Source: a virus
Lineage: Duplodnaviria; Caudoviricetes
DNA length: 61,405 nucleotides
Virus record (IMG/VR): IMGVR_UViG_3300042868_005269
Location: 1-61,405 of that record
Direction: 5' to 3' (one strand)
This document shows, one piece after another, positions 34,163 through 43,719 of this stretch. The notes below the pieces were generated by a model. That model was given only the letters and a program-made list of their open reading frames with translations. It did not search any database and was not told the DNA's origin. Within the stretch, counting starts at the first letter, position 1; every line of letters starts with the position of its first letter. The position numbers and the translations under genes were made by a program.

Positions 34163-34665
34163 TGCTGTCTTTACTTTCCACCCTTGGAGGTCTTCTGATC
34201 TCCGGCCTTCCCAAACTGCTGGAGTATTTTCAGAACAAGGCCGATCAAGCGCATGAGCTGAGGCTCGCTCAGGTTCAGACTGAGCGCGAGTTGCAACTGG
34301 CGGCGGCTGGCTTTGCGGCGCAGGCTAGGATGGAGGAGATCCGCACCGATCAGGTGGCAATGGAGACTGATGCCCGGATGACTGAGGCGGCACTGGAGCA
34401 CGATGCCAAGGTGCTTGAGAAGGCCAGCACATGGGTTGCCAGCTACGTTGGCACGGTGCGCCCAACAGTGACCTACATCTTTGTGATCGAGCTGCTGCTG
34501 ATCAACGGCTTCATGTGCTTCTACTTGTGGCAACACCCCGGCTTGATTACCAGCATTGACGATGTAATCCGCTACTCTGACATCATTTTCAGCGCTGACG
34601 AGATGGCGATGCTTGGCGGTATTTTGGGCTTCTGGTTTGGTTCAAGGACTTGGGGAAAGAAGTGA
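34162..34665 (+). CDS. Holin (putative, 3TM-type)
   Basis: N-terminal helix, VRP.VTY, two further TMs, FWFGSR; directly before lysozyme. Confidence 0.7.
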   Translation: MLSLLSTLGGLLISGLPKLLEYFQNKADQAHELRLAQVQTERELQLAAAGFAAQARMEEIRTDQVAMETDARMTEAALEHDAKVLEKASTWVASYVGTVRPTVTYIFVIELLLINGFMCFYLWQHPGLITSIDDVIRYSDIIFSADEMAMLGGILGFWFGSRTWGKK

Positions 34666-35177
34666 AGCTCTCCAAGGCTGGCGCAGACCTGATGCACCGC
34701 TACGAGGGGTGCAGGAACAAGCCATACCTGTGCCCAGCTCACATCTGGACGATTGGCTACGGTCATGTGCTGTACCAAGAGCAGATCAGATTGCCCATGG
34801 TGCGCCCACCCGGCAAGACCAAAGAGGATATCCCCATGATTCGCAGCGAGTACCCGCTAAAACCGGAGGACAATCGTGTCTGGACCAAGGAAGAGATCAA
34901 CGAACTATTCGCAACTGATGTCGCGTCTTTTGAACGCGGTGTTCTTCGACTTGTTCCCGGCTGTGTTGGCCGTCAAGGCAGCTTTGACGCTCTGGTCTCT
35001 ATAAGTTTTAATTTCGGGTTGGGCAATCTCCAACGCTCCACCATCCGCATGAGGGCCAACCGGGGGGACTGGGAAGGCGCAGCCGATTCGTTTCGCGTTT
35101 GGACCAAGGGCGGAGGCAAAGTCCTGCCGGGTCTGGTCAAGCGCAGGGAAGCAGAGATTGCGCTGTTTCTGAGTTAA
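34662..35177 (+). CDS. Endolysin, GH24 lysozyme
   Basis: E-x8-C-x5-T triad (EGCRNKPYLCPAHIWTIGYG), FDALVS..FN.G, GLVKRR..E. Confidence 0.92.
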   Translation: MKLSKAGADLMHRYEGCRNKPYLCPAHIWTIGYGHVLYQEQIRLPMVRPPGKTKEDIPMIRSEYPLKPEDNRVWTKEEINELFATDVASFERGVLRLVPGCVGRQGSFDALVSISFNFGLGNLQRSTIRMRANRGDWEGAADSFRVWTKGGGKVLPGLVKRREAEIALFLS

Positions 35178-35208
35178 GTGCGAAAATGCCATAAAACTGA
35201 GGTAAACG

Positions 35209-37182
35209 ATGCCCCTGCAAAAACTACAACTGCGTCCCGGCGTAAACCGAGAATCGACAACGCTGGCCAATGAAGGCACTTGGTTCGAGATGGACAAGGT
35301 GCGCTTTCGCTCGGGCTATCCTGAGAAACTTGGCGGCTGGGCCCTTGACACGGGTACGTATAACCCTGACGGCGGCATAGCCGCTCCTCCGCCAACTGGG
35401 TCTTTTTGGGGCGTGTGCCGGTCGTTGTTTAACTGGATCACGCAGGCAGGCTTCAACTTGATGGGGCTTGGCACCAACCTTAAATACTACATCCAACAAA
35501 CGGCGGGCGGCACGTTCTATGACGTTACGCCTATTCGGGACGTTAATGTCGGTGTCGTCAACGCCTTTACTACAACCAACGCGTCAACGACCGTTGTTGT
35601 CAATGACCCGGGCCACGGGGCGCAAACCGGCGATTTTGTAACTGTTTCTGGGGTTGTTGGCGCAGTCAACGGTATCCCCGCATCCGCGCTTAACCGCGAG
35701 TTTCAACTCACGTACCTCAGCGCCAACACATATAGCATCGTTGTGTCGTCCCCCGCCACATCCTCCGGGACTGCGGGAACTGCGACGCTCACCTACCAGA
35801 TCGGGGTCGGCGGTGAGATTTACACGGTCGGTGTGGGTTGGGGTGCGGGCGGTTGGGGCGGTAACACAGGAGGCGTGTTGAGTGGATGGGGGAGCGCAGC
35901 CGCCGCAGGTGTCGGTGTCGACGTTCAATTGCGGCTGTGGAGCGAAGACAACTTTGGTGATTACCTTGTGCTGAGTCCGCGTGGCGGGCCAATTTATCTG
36001 TGGGTTCCGGCAGCATCGCCGTCTACGTACAACCGGGCGCAGGTTCTGTCCTCAACAAATACCGCCACACAGGATGGTAATCAGTACTGGCTGACGGACA
36101 CCAGCTGCCCCACGGCGTGCAACATTGTGGCTACCTCTGACACGTCCCGGTTTGTGATTGCTTTCGGTTGTAACGACTACGGCTCAGCCACGCTGGACCC
36201 GCTGTTGGTGCGCTGGTCAGACCAAGAAGACTACAAGATTTGGGCCCCATCCGCGACCAACCAAGCGGGTAGCTACCGCCTTAACATCGGCTCGTCGATC
36301 GTGGCCGAGTTGCAGTCTCGTCAGGAAATTTTGATTTGGACTGACGCCGCGCTGTATTCGATGCAGTACCTTGGCCCACCGTATGTCTGGGGCTTTCAGA
36401 TTTTGGGCGACAACATCTCCATCATGGGGCCCAACGCACCTGCCACAGCGGCAGGCGTCACGTACTGGATGGGGCGCGACAAGTTCTACATGTACTCCGG
36501 CCGTCTGGAGACGCTGTACTGCCCCCTGCGCCAGTATGTTTTTAACGACCTGAACCTCGATCAAGCATATCAGTTCTTCGCCAGCACAAACGAAGCGTTC
36601 AACGAAATCTGGTTCTACTATTGTTCGGCCAATTCGACCGTGATTGATCGGTACGTGGTTTTCAACCACCTTGAAAAAATCTGGTCTTACGGCACTTTGT
36701 CGCGCACGGCGTGGCTTGACACAAGTCTGCGGGATTTCCCTACCGCTGCCGGTTACGGCGGGCAGTTGATTTACCACGAAAACGGTGTGAATGACGGCAC
36801 TACAAACCCGCCCAGCCCAATTATTTCGTTCGTTCAGTCTGCCGACTTCAACATTGGTGACGGGCACAACTACGGTTTTGTCTGGCGGATGATCCCGGAC
36901 ATCACGTTTGATGGCTCAACGGTCAACAACCCCTCGGTCACATTCAGCATGCGCCCAAGGCAAAACCCCGGCTCGAACTACGGTACAGCACCTACCCCTG
37001 CTGTCACCAGCACGCTGAACTACCAGACACAGCGCAACTACCTTGTGCAGCAGTTTACGCAGATCATTTACACACGCATTCGCGGACGCCAGATGGCGTT
37101 CAAAATTAGCTCGGATGGTTTGGGTGTTCAATGGCAGCTTGGCGTGCCATCGCTCGATGTGCGTCCTGACGGGAGACGCTGA
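35209..37182 (+). CDS. Tail nozzle / DNA stabilization protein (P22 gp10-like)
   Basis: PG.N...W...DKVRFR.G.PEK.GGW; RWSDQED; beta-propeller-like; position before ejection genes. Confidence 0.75.
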   Translation: MPLQKLQLRPGVNRESTTLANEGTWFEMDKVRFRSGYPEKLGGWALDTGTYNPDGGIAAPPPTGSFWGVCRSLFNWITQAGFNLMGLGTNLKYYIQQTAGGTFYDVTPIRDVNVGVVNAFTTTNASTTVVVNDPGHGAQTGDFVTVSGVVGAVNGIPASALNREFQLTYLSANTYSIVVSSPATSSGTAGTATLTYQIGVGGEIYTVGVGWGAGGWGGNTGGVLSGWGSAAAAGVGVDVQLRLWSEDNFGDYLVLSPRGGPIYLWVPAASPSTYNRAQVLSSTNTATQDGNQYWLTDTSCPTACNIVATSDTSRFVIAFGCNDYGSATLDPLLVRWSDQEDYKIWAPSATNQAGSYRLNIGSSIVAELQSRQEILIWTDAALYSMQYLGPPYVWGFQILGDNISIMGPNAPATAAGVTYWMGRDKFYMYSGRLETLYCPLRQYVFNDLNLDQAYQFFASTNEAFNEIWFYYCSANSTVIDRYVVFNHLEKIWSYGTLSRTAWLDTSLRDFPTAAGYGGQLIYHENGVNDGTTNPPSPIISFVQSADFNIGDGHNYGFVWRMIPDITFDGSTVNNPSVTFSMRPRQNPGSNYGTAPTPAVTSTLNYQTQRNYLVQQFTQIIYTRIRGRQMAFKISSDGLGVQWQLGVPSLDVRPDGRR

Positions 37183-37185
37183 TCT

Positions 37186-37830
37186 ATGCTGCAAATAACA
37201 CTCACCACGCCGCCACGGCTACCTTCAGCGCCGACTCAATACGAGCAGCGGTTTCACGACCAGCACAGTGATGTGCTGCGACTGTACTTCAACCAGCTCA
37301 ACAACGCGGTTGCCACGGTTATTGGCCCCAACGGGGTGGCATACCTGCAGACCCCCCACGCCATGCTAATGAGCGATCAGGACCAAACCAGTGCAGGAAC
37401 GACGGTTGCCAACATCTTGACCTACAACCAGCCAGTCATCACACAAGGCGTGGAGGTTCGCAACAGCGGCGAGATTTGGTTTGAGCAGGCGGGGCAGTAC
37501 CTTGTAACTTTTACGCTACAGGTATCCAACAGGGGTAACGCCCTGCAGGAATTCGAGGTCTGGGCGTCGTATAACGGAACAAACTACCCCCTGTCAAACA
37601 CACGCTTTGATATTCCTGCACGGAAAAGTGTGTCCGTTTGGTCGCATATTGTCCCGGCCATCACAGGCATTTTTACGGTGCAGAACCCGTCTACGGAATA
37701 CCTGACAATCAAGTGGTGGTCGGACAGCACGGATGTGTTCCTTGAGCACTACCCTGTAAACACCAGCCCAACACGTCCAGCAATCCCGTCCGTCATCATG
37801 ACGGTCAATCTTATATCCCGTTTGCCGTAA
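37186..37830 (+). CDS. Tail needle/tip-like protein
   Basis: LRLYFNQL N-terminal helix followed by a jelly-roll/C1q-like domain; follows nozzle. Confidence 0.6.
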   Translation: MLQITLTTPPRLPSAPTQYEQRFHDQHSDVLRLYFNQLNNAVATVIGPNGVAYLQTPHAMLMSDQDQTSAGTTVANILTYNQPVITQGVEVRNSGEIWFEQAGQYLVTFTLQVSNRGNALQEFEVWASYNGTNYPLSNTRFDIPARKSVSVWSHIVPAITGIFTVQNPSTEYLTIKWWSDSTDVFLEHYPVNTSPTRPAIPSVIMTVNLISRLP

Positions 37831-37859
37831 TTGCGCCGGAAAGCCCCGCATGATAGACT
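37831..37859 (+). promoter_or_regulatory. Putative sigma70 promoter for ejection-protein genes
   Basis: TTGCGC-N17-TAGACT with TG extended -10. Confidence 0.6.
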
Positions 37860-37887
37860 CAACCAACCCCCATTCCGTGAGGCCCCA

Positions 37888-39609
37888 ATGAGCCTAGAAC
37901 TTGCTGCACAACATCTTGCCAGTCGTGGGCGCAAAGGCGACTCCATGTTGGTACACATGGCCCCACAAGAAGTGTCGGGCCTACAGGCGCTTGCCAAGGC
38001 TGCTGGCGGCTCACTGACGCTCAACCCAGATACGGGTTTACCCGAAGCCAACTTTCTTAAGCGCATGCTGCCCATGATTATTGGCGCAGGCATCACTGCC
38101 GCTACGGGCGGCGCTGCAGCTCCTTGGATGATCGGCTTGGGCCTTGGCGGCGCTGAAACTCTCCGCACAGGCAGTTTGGAAAAAGGGTTGATGGCGGGCT
38201 TGGGCGCATATGGCGGTGCGGGCATTGGCGCGGGCTTGCTTGGTGCGGGCACTGCTGGAACGGCCGGTGCGAGCACGAGCGCATTGGACGTGCTTGGCCA
38301 ACCCATGACGGGAACCGCGCAAGCTGCGGGTCAAGGCTTTGGCGCAAATCTTTCCCAGATGGGCCAAGGTGTCAGTGCTTTGGGCACTGAAGCAGGCCGC
38401 TCGGCCGCAATGTCCTCCATGGGCGGCGGCATGGGTGCGGCAAAGTACGGTCTGGCGGCAGCAATGCCGGTGTTGCAAGGCGAGCCTCCAGCACCGTACG
38501 CGGGCAGCGGCCCGAACCCGTACGAATACAGCTACGATCCCAACAACCAGCAATACACCCGCGTGCCGCCCGGAACCCGGCAAAGAGACATTCTTGCACC
38601 CACCACCCAGATGATGGCGGCGGGGGGTCCGGTTGACGAGATGTCCCAGCGCAATCAAATGGAAACCATGATGGCCAACGGCGGTCAAATGTTTGCTGCT
38701 GGCGGGCAAATCAATCTGCAAGGCACTATCAATATGGGGGATGGGGGTGGTGGCCAGCCCGGCCCGGCAAGTGCCAACGGCTATCAGCCTGCAGGAGGCA
38801 CACCGCTTCAAGGTTTTTCAAGTTCCTTCGGCCAAATGGGTGGCGGGCGAATGAGTGGCGGGCGAATGAGTGGCGGGCAAATGGGAGGGTTCGATCTTCG
38901 TCAACTTCAAGCGGACGGGTATGACCCCCGCGCTGTTCAAGCTAACCCGCAAGGCTTTCGGCAACAACTTGTTGCCGAACAGCAACGTCGTGCGCAAGCT
39001 AACGCAGTGGGGCATCTCCCCAAACGCCCGCAACAACAGATGCCATCGGTGGGTAAGGCCGCGATACCGGATCAAGGAGCCATCGGGATTGGTGATTTTA
39101 TGCAAACCCAGTTCCCGCCGCAAAGCATGGCTCATGTTATGCCGCAAGAATACGGCTCTTTTAGCAAACTCAAGCTGCCTACCTCACCCGGCGGCCAAAT
39201 GATGGGTGACATGCGCGATCGCCCAGAGCGAGATGACGCAATTATTGCGGCCAATCAAGCGATTTCTAATTTTGAGTATTATGCTCAAGGCGGTATGGCT
39301 TCCATGGCTCGAGGTGGTCCAAGCCACCTTGGCGACTACTCCGACGGCGGTCGTCTTTTGAAAGGTCCCGGCGATGGTGTATCTGATTCCATTCCTGCAA
39401 CGATTGCGAACAAGCGCCCAGCGCGTCTTGCTGATGGTGAGTTCGTTGTGCCTGCTCGTATCGTTTCTGAGTTAGGCAACGGCTCGACTGAAGCCGGGGC
39501 CCGCAAGCTGTACGCCATGATGGACCGGGTTCAAAAAGCTCGCGGCAGGACCACGGGCAAAGACCGTGTGGCCGTGAATAGTCGCGCTGAAAAACTTCTC
39601 CCCGCGTAA
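37888..39609 (+). CDS. Internal virion/ejection protein with C-terminal GPG-SDSIPA-GEFV domain
   Basis: GAGG RBS; Gly/Ala-rich hydrophobic segment; several xAxGG motifs. Confidence 0.7.
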   Translation: MSLELAAQHLASRGRKGDSMLVHMAPQEVSGLQALAKAAGGSLTLNPDTGLPEANFLKRMLPMIIGAGITAATGGAAAPWMIGLGLGGAETLRTGSLEKGLMAGLGAYGGAGIGAGLLGAGTAGTAGASTSALDVLGQPMTGTAQAAGQGFGANLSQMGQGVSALGTEAGRSAAMSSMGGGMGAAKYGLAAAMPVLQGEPPAPYAGSGPNPYEYSYDPNNQQYTRVPPGTRQRDILAPTTQMMAAGGPVDEMSQRNQMETMMANGGQMFAAGGQINLQGTINMGDGGGGQPGPASANGYQPAGGTPLQGFSSSFGQMGGGRMSGGRMSGGQMGGFDLRQLQADGYDPRAVQANPQGFRQQLVAEQQRRAQANAVGHLPKRPQQQMPSVGKAAIPDQGAIGIGDFMQTQFPPQSMAHVMPQEYGSFSKLKLPTSPGGQMMGDMRDRPERDDAIIAANQAISNFEYYAQGGMASMARGGPSHLGDYSDGGRLLKGPGDGVSDSIPATIANKRPARLADGEFVVPARIVSELGNGSTEAGARKLYAMMDRVQKARGRTTGKDRVAVNSRAEKLLPA

Positions 39610-39611
39610 CC

Positions 39612-40019
39612 ATGCCGTTGCACCACGTACACCCTAGCACTCTGCCAACCATTTGGCCGATTGCGTTCCCGCTGTTAAAAAAAGCGATTGACCTCGACCC
39701 CGAGGCCTACAACCCGCAGTTCATTGAGTACAGCATCCGTACAGGACGCGTGCATTTGCTGGTGTGGGAAGAGCCGGAGGTGGGGATTACGGGCGCTTGC
39801 ACGATTGAAATTATGGATGATCCGTTAGAGCGTATTGCGCACGTTCACCTCATGGGGGGAAAAGGCGTTGTGCGGGAGCACGTGTTTGACGAAGCCAAAG
39901 ATTTTATGCGCCGTTGCGGAGCAACGAAAGCGCAGTGCTGGGCCAAAGGCACGCTGGTCGATATGTACAAAAAAATGGGGTTGGAAAACACCCACCAAGT
40001 AATGAGGGTCAAGCTATGA
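39612..40019 (+). CDS. Acyltransferase-fold-like assembly protein (positional analogue of P22 gp14)
   Basis: GA.TIE...AHVHLMGG...MYKKMG; lies before the pilot-like gene. Confidence 0.5.
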   Translation: MPLHHVHPSTLPTIWPIAFPLLKKAIDLDPEAYNPQFIEYSIRTGRVHLLVWEEPEVGITGACTIEIMDDPLERIAHVHLMGGKGVVREHVFDEAKDFMRRCGATKAQCWAKGTLVDMYKKMGLENTHQVMRVKL

Positions 40020-41899
40020 AAACGAGCTATTCACGCCGCGAACTTTACGAGTTTGGGGAGTCGCTGGGCGACGCTGTTACCCGCAAAGAAGGCGGGCGCA
40101 CCATTTACGGCGGTGGGGGTAGTGGCGGGGGTGGCGGCGGTACGCAAACACAAGTCACAGACTTGCCTGAGTGGGCCAAACCTACAGCTCAAAAACAGCT
40201 GGGCCTTGCCGAGTCCTTAACGGACATCAACAAAAACCCCTACCAGAGCTACGGCCAGTACGCGCAAAAACAGGGGATGGACCCCACGCAAGTAGCAGGC
40301 TTTACCGGGTTGCAGAATCAAGCGTTTCAGGGCGCTCAAAACTTGCAGCCATCCGCAGCTATTGGTGCAGGCATGGGCATTGCTGGCGCTGCGGCAAACC
40401 GTGCCATGGACATGGGGTACAACCCCTACCAAGCGCAAAACCAATATCAAAGCATTGAAGGCTACAACCCTTCACAGTTCTCCAACCAGTTCCAAGGCCC
40501 CGACGCGTACCAGTCCGGCCAGTTTGGCGGCACCTACGATGCTCCAGAGGCATTTCAGAGTGGGCAGTTTCAGAACCGATTCCAAGGCCCCGAGTCTTAT
40601 CAGGCGGGGCAGTTTGGTGCGGAGCGTGTGAGCGGTCCCCAACTTGAGCAGTTACAAATGGGTCCGGCCGAGCGCGTCCGCGCCGATACGTTTGGCGGTA
40701 GCCAAGCCGCGCAGTACATGTCGCCGTATATCGAGCAGGCCATGGAGCCGCAGTTGCGCGAGGCGCAGCGTTCTTCTGAAATGCAGCGCAATCAAAACCA
40801 AGCCCAAGCCGTCCAGCAGGGCGCTTTTGGTGGTTCCCGTCAGGCCATCGTAGAGGCTGAGCGTCAGCGCAATCTTGGCACCCAGATGGGAGACATCCGT
40901 GCCAAAGGTTTGCAGTCCGCGTACGAACAAGCAACGCAACAGTTCAACCAAGACGCCGCCCGCCGTTTGCAATCTCAGCAGCTCAACCAGCAAGCTGGAC
41001 TTACCGTGGGCGGCCAGAACCTGCAGTCTCGGCTGAGCACCCAGCAGCTTGGCGCACAAACAGGGCTGCAAGCGGCACTGGCCAACCAACAAACAGGCAT
41101 GCAATCTCAGCAACTGGCAGAACAATCTCGTCAGTTCGGGGCGGGTCAGGGTCTGTCCGCAGCGCAACTGCAAGCACAGTACGGCCTGTCGGCCGATCAA
41201 GCTGCCGAGGCATCACGGCAGTTTGGCTCCACTCAAGCAGGACAAGTTGCGGCCCAGCAGTCCCAAGCACGCCAAGCCGCTCAGCAGGGGCTGGAGCAGT
41301 CCCGTCAGTTCGGTGCTGGCCAAGGCATGACTGCCGCGCAGCTTCAAGCGCAGTACGGTATGTCGGCACAGCAAGCACAGGAAGCCGCAAACCAGTTTGG
41401 TTATGGGCAATCCGCTCAGCAGGCGCAGCAACGCGCTCAGTATGGGCAGTCTGCACAGCAGCTGGCAGAGCAGTCCCGTCAGTTTGGCGGCTCTCTGGGT
41501 ATCCAAGGTCTTCAGACCGCCATGCAAGGTGCGGGCCAGCTGGGCACTCTGGGCGGTCAACAGTTCGGCCAGCAAAAAGACACTCTGGGGCTGCAGAACC
41601 AGTTTGGTACGCAGCAACAGCAGCAACAGCAGGCGCTTATCAACGCCCGCATGAACGACTACGCAGCGCAGCAGCGGTACCCATATCAAAATCTGGAGTT
41701 CATGTCGAACATCCTGCGCGGCACCCCGATGGGCACGGTTCAGTCTATGTACGGTGCTCAGCCCTCGGCCGCAAGTCAAGTGGCGGGCGCAGGCACATCT
41801 CTGGCCGGGGCGTACATGATGGGTGGCGGCAGGTTTGCAAAAGGCGGCAGGGTTCGAAGCGCCGCCGGTTTAAATGAGCTGGCTCTGTCCAAAATCTGA
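40016..41899 (+). CDS. DNA ejection/pilot-like protein, Gln/Gly-rich
   Basis: Poly-Gly near N-terminus, QYMSPY, GAFGGSRQ, internal repeats. Confidence 0.7.
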   Translation: MKTSYSRRELYEFGESLGDAVTRKEGGRTIYGGGGSGGGGGGTQTQVTDLPEWAKPTAQKQLGLAESLTDINKNPYQSYGQYAQKQGMDPTQVAGFTGLQNQAFQGAQNLQPSAAIGAGMGIAGAAANRAMDMGYNPYQAQNQYQSIEGYNPSQFSNQFQGPDAYQSGQFGGTYDAPEAFQSGQFQNRFQGPESYQAGQFGAERVSGPQLEQLQMGPAERVRADTFGGSQAAQYMSPYIEQAMEPQLREAQRSSEMQRNQNQAQAVQQGAFGGSRQAIVEAERQRNLGTQMGDIRAKGLQSAYEQATQQFNQDAARRLQSQQLNQQAGLTVGGQNLQSRLSTQQLGAQTGLQAALANQQTGMQSQQLAEQSRQFGAGQGLSAAQLQAQYGLSADQAAEASRQFGSTQAGQVAAQQSQARQAAQQGLEQSRQFGAGQGMTAAQLQAQYGMSAQQAQEAANQFGYGQSAQQAQQRAQYGQSAQQLAEQSRQFGGSLGIQGLQTAMQGAGQLGTLGGQQFGQQKDTLGLQNQFGTQQQQQQQALINARMNDYAAQQRYPYQNLEFMSNILRGTPMGTVQSMYGAQPSAASQVAGAGTSLAGAYMMGGGRFAKGGRVRSAAGLNELALSKI

Positions 41900-41907
41900 G
41901 GTACGCC

Positions 41908-43662
41908 ATGATTGATGTCAACAAAATTACCTCCACGCTGGCCAAGTTGCCGGACCAGCAGCTGCAGCAGTACGCGCAGATGCACAAGAACGACCCGTAC
42001 ATCATGGCGCTGGCCATGTCCGAGTCCAACCGCCGCAAAGAAATGCGCTCTGCAGGTCAGGGCGGACAAGGTGCGCAAGAGCAGCCCAAGGTGGTTGATC
42101 AAGAGATCGCCCGCATGGGGGGCATGCAAAACCCAAGTCCCGAACAAATGGCTCGACTGTCGCAGCTTCTGGAAGCCAGAAAACAAGCCGAGTACAAAGA
42201 ATTTACAGGTGGCGGGCGGGATCAACAAAGCCCCCAGCAGCAACAGCAACTCCCAGAAGACCAAGGCATTGGCCAGCTCCCTGCAGGCGACATGAACTTT
42301 GCCGATGGCGGCATCATTGCGTTTGCTGGTGGCGGCGATGTGGAGCGTTATTCTGGCGAATTTGGTTCGTTTATTGACCGGTTAACTTACGGGAACATTA
42401 CCCCTGCCGAACGTGCACGCCGCGAAAAACTGCAGGCCGAAGCAGCCGCAGGCCGCTTGCCCACCCCGTACGAACAAGAACGTGCGGCCAATATGGCAAA
42501 GGTATCAGCCGGTAGTACCTACACGCCAGAAGCCTACGGCGTGACCACACCCGCACCGCTTGAACAAGGTGCTCGTTATCCCGGCGCAATGCCTGCCGCA
42601 CCTGCCGCACCTGCGGTAGACAACAAAGCCGCGCCCACTGCCAATACTACCCGCCGTGCTGGCCCCAGTGCCGGACCCGCAGCGCCTATTGCAGCAGCCG
42701 TACCATCAACAGGTCCAACCGACATTGATGCGCTCCAGCAGAAATACTTTGGCGGTATTGACCAAGGAGTGGGGGAGTTGCGCACCGCCCGTGCGGGGTT
42801 GGTTGCAGGCATTAAAGACCTGACCGAGAAAAACTTGGCCGCAACCAAGGCCGATATTGATAAACGCGGCGATGTGTACAAAGGCCGTGAAGAACGGCTG
42901 GCCAAACAGGAAAAAGGTTTGGAAGGCATGGGCGACAGGTATATGGGTTTGGCGCTGCTGCAAGCAGGCGCGTCCATGATGTCTACCCCCGGGGCGCTTA
43001 GCGTTGCTCTAGGCAAAGGCATCCAAGTTGGTAGTGAGCGATATGTCGCAGGTCTGGACAAAATTGAGGCAGCTAAGTCCAAGTTTGCCGAAGCCCGTGA
43101 TCGTCTGGACGACCTGCGCATCAACCGCGACGACATGAACAATAAAGACATTCGTGCAGCGGAGAAAGAAGCACGCGAGTCGGAACTCAAAGGCACAGAA
43201 ATGCTGTACAACGGCTTGGTTTCCGATTTGGGCATCAAGCAAAAGAACGTCACTGCCATCTTTGGCGCAGCAGCAGGCGCTCTGGAAACCGACAAGAGGA
43301 TTGCTTCTTCGGAAAAGATTGCGGCAACACAAGAACGTGGCCAGACCGCCCGGTCCGCTGCGCAGATTGCCGCCACACTCAATACGCCTGAACGTATGGC
43401 TTTTACGGCCGCGCTGGACAAAACCAAAACCAAAGAAAATCCGCAAGGCGATCCTACTGCCGCATACCAAAGCATTGTTGCAATGAAACGTGAGCCCGTT
43501 TCTGAAGAAAAACTTCGCGGTGATTGGCTTGATCCAGCAAAGAACATGCAGATCAAAGCCGACTACCCCAACATTAAAACTTTTGAAGACTACAAAGCAG
43601 TCTTTGGCGGAAGCACCGGCGGAGGTGGGGGCGGCGGCTTTAAGGTTGTCGGCGTGCGATAA
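41908..43662 (+). CDS. DNA ejection protein (putative)
   Basis: Helical; FADGG/FAGGG; ALLQAGASMM; within the ejection cluster. Confidence 0.65.
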   Translation: MIDVNKITSTLAKLPDQQLQQYAQMHKNDPYIMALAMSESNRRKEMRSAGQGGQGAQEQPKVVDQEIARMGGMQNPSPEQMARLSQLLEARKQAEYKEFTGGGRDQQSPQQQQQLPEDQGIGQLPAGDMNFADGGIIAFAGGGDVERYSGEFGSFIDRLTYGNITPAERARREKLQAEAAAGRLPTPYEQERAANMAKVSAGSTYTPEAYGVTTPAPLEQGARYPGAMPAAPAAPAVDNKAAPTANTTRRAGPSAGPAAPIAAAVPSTGPTDIDALQQKYFGGIDQGVGELRTARAGLVAGIKDLTEKNLAATKADIDKRGDVYKGREERLAKQEKGLEGMGDRYMGLALLQAGASMMSTPGALSVALGKGIQVGSERYVAGLDKIEAAKSKFAEARDRLDDLRINRDDMNNKDIRAAEKEARESELKGTEMLYNGLVSDLGIKQKNVTAIFGAAAGALETDKRIASSEKIAATQERGQTARSAAQIAATLNTPERMAFTAALDKTKTKENPQGDPTAAYQSIVAMKREPVSEEKLRGDWLDPAKNMQIKADYPNIKTFEDYKAVFGGSTGGGGGGGFKVVGVR

Positions 43663-43674
43663 ACTCCGTAAAAT
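43646..43674 (+). promoter_or_regulatory. Putative sigma70 promoter for the giant gene
   Basis: TTGTCG-N17-TAAAAT, followed by an 8-bp hairpin (43676-43696). Confidence 0.6.
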
Positions 43675-43719
43675 AACGCCAGCGCCATGCTGGCGTACCT
43701 ACAATTCAGGAAGCAGGCT

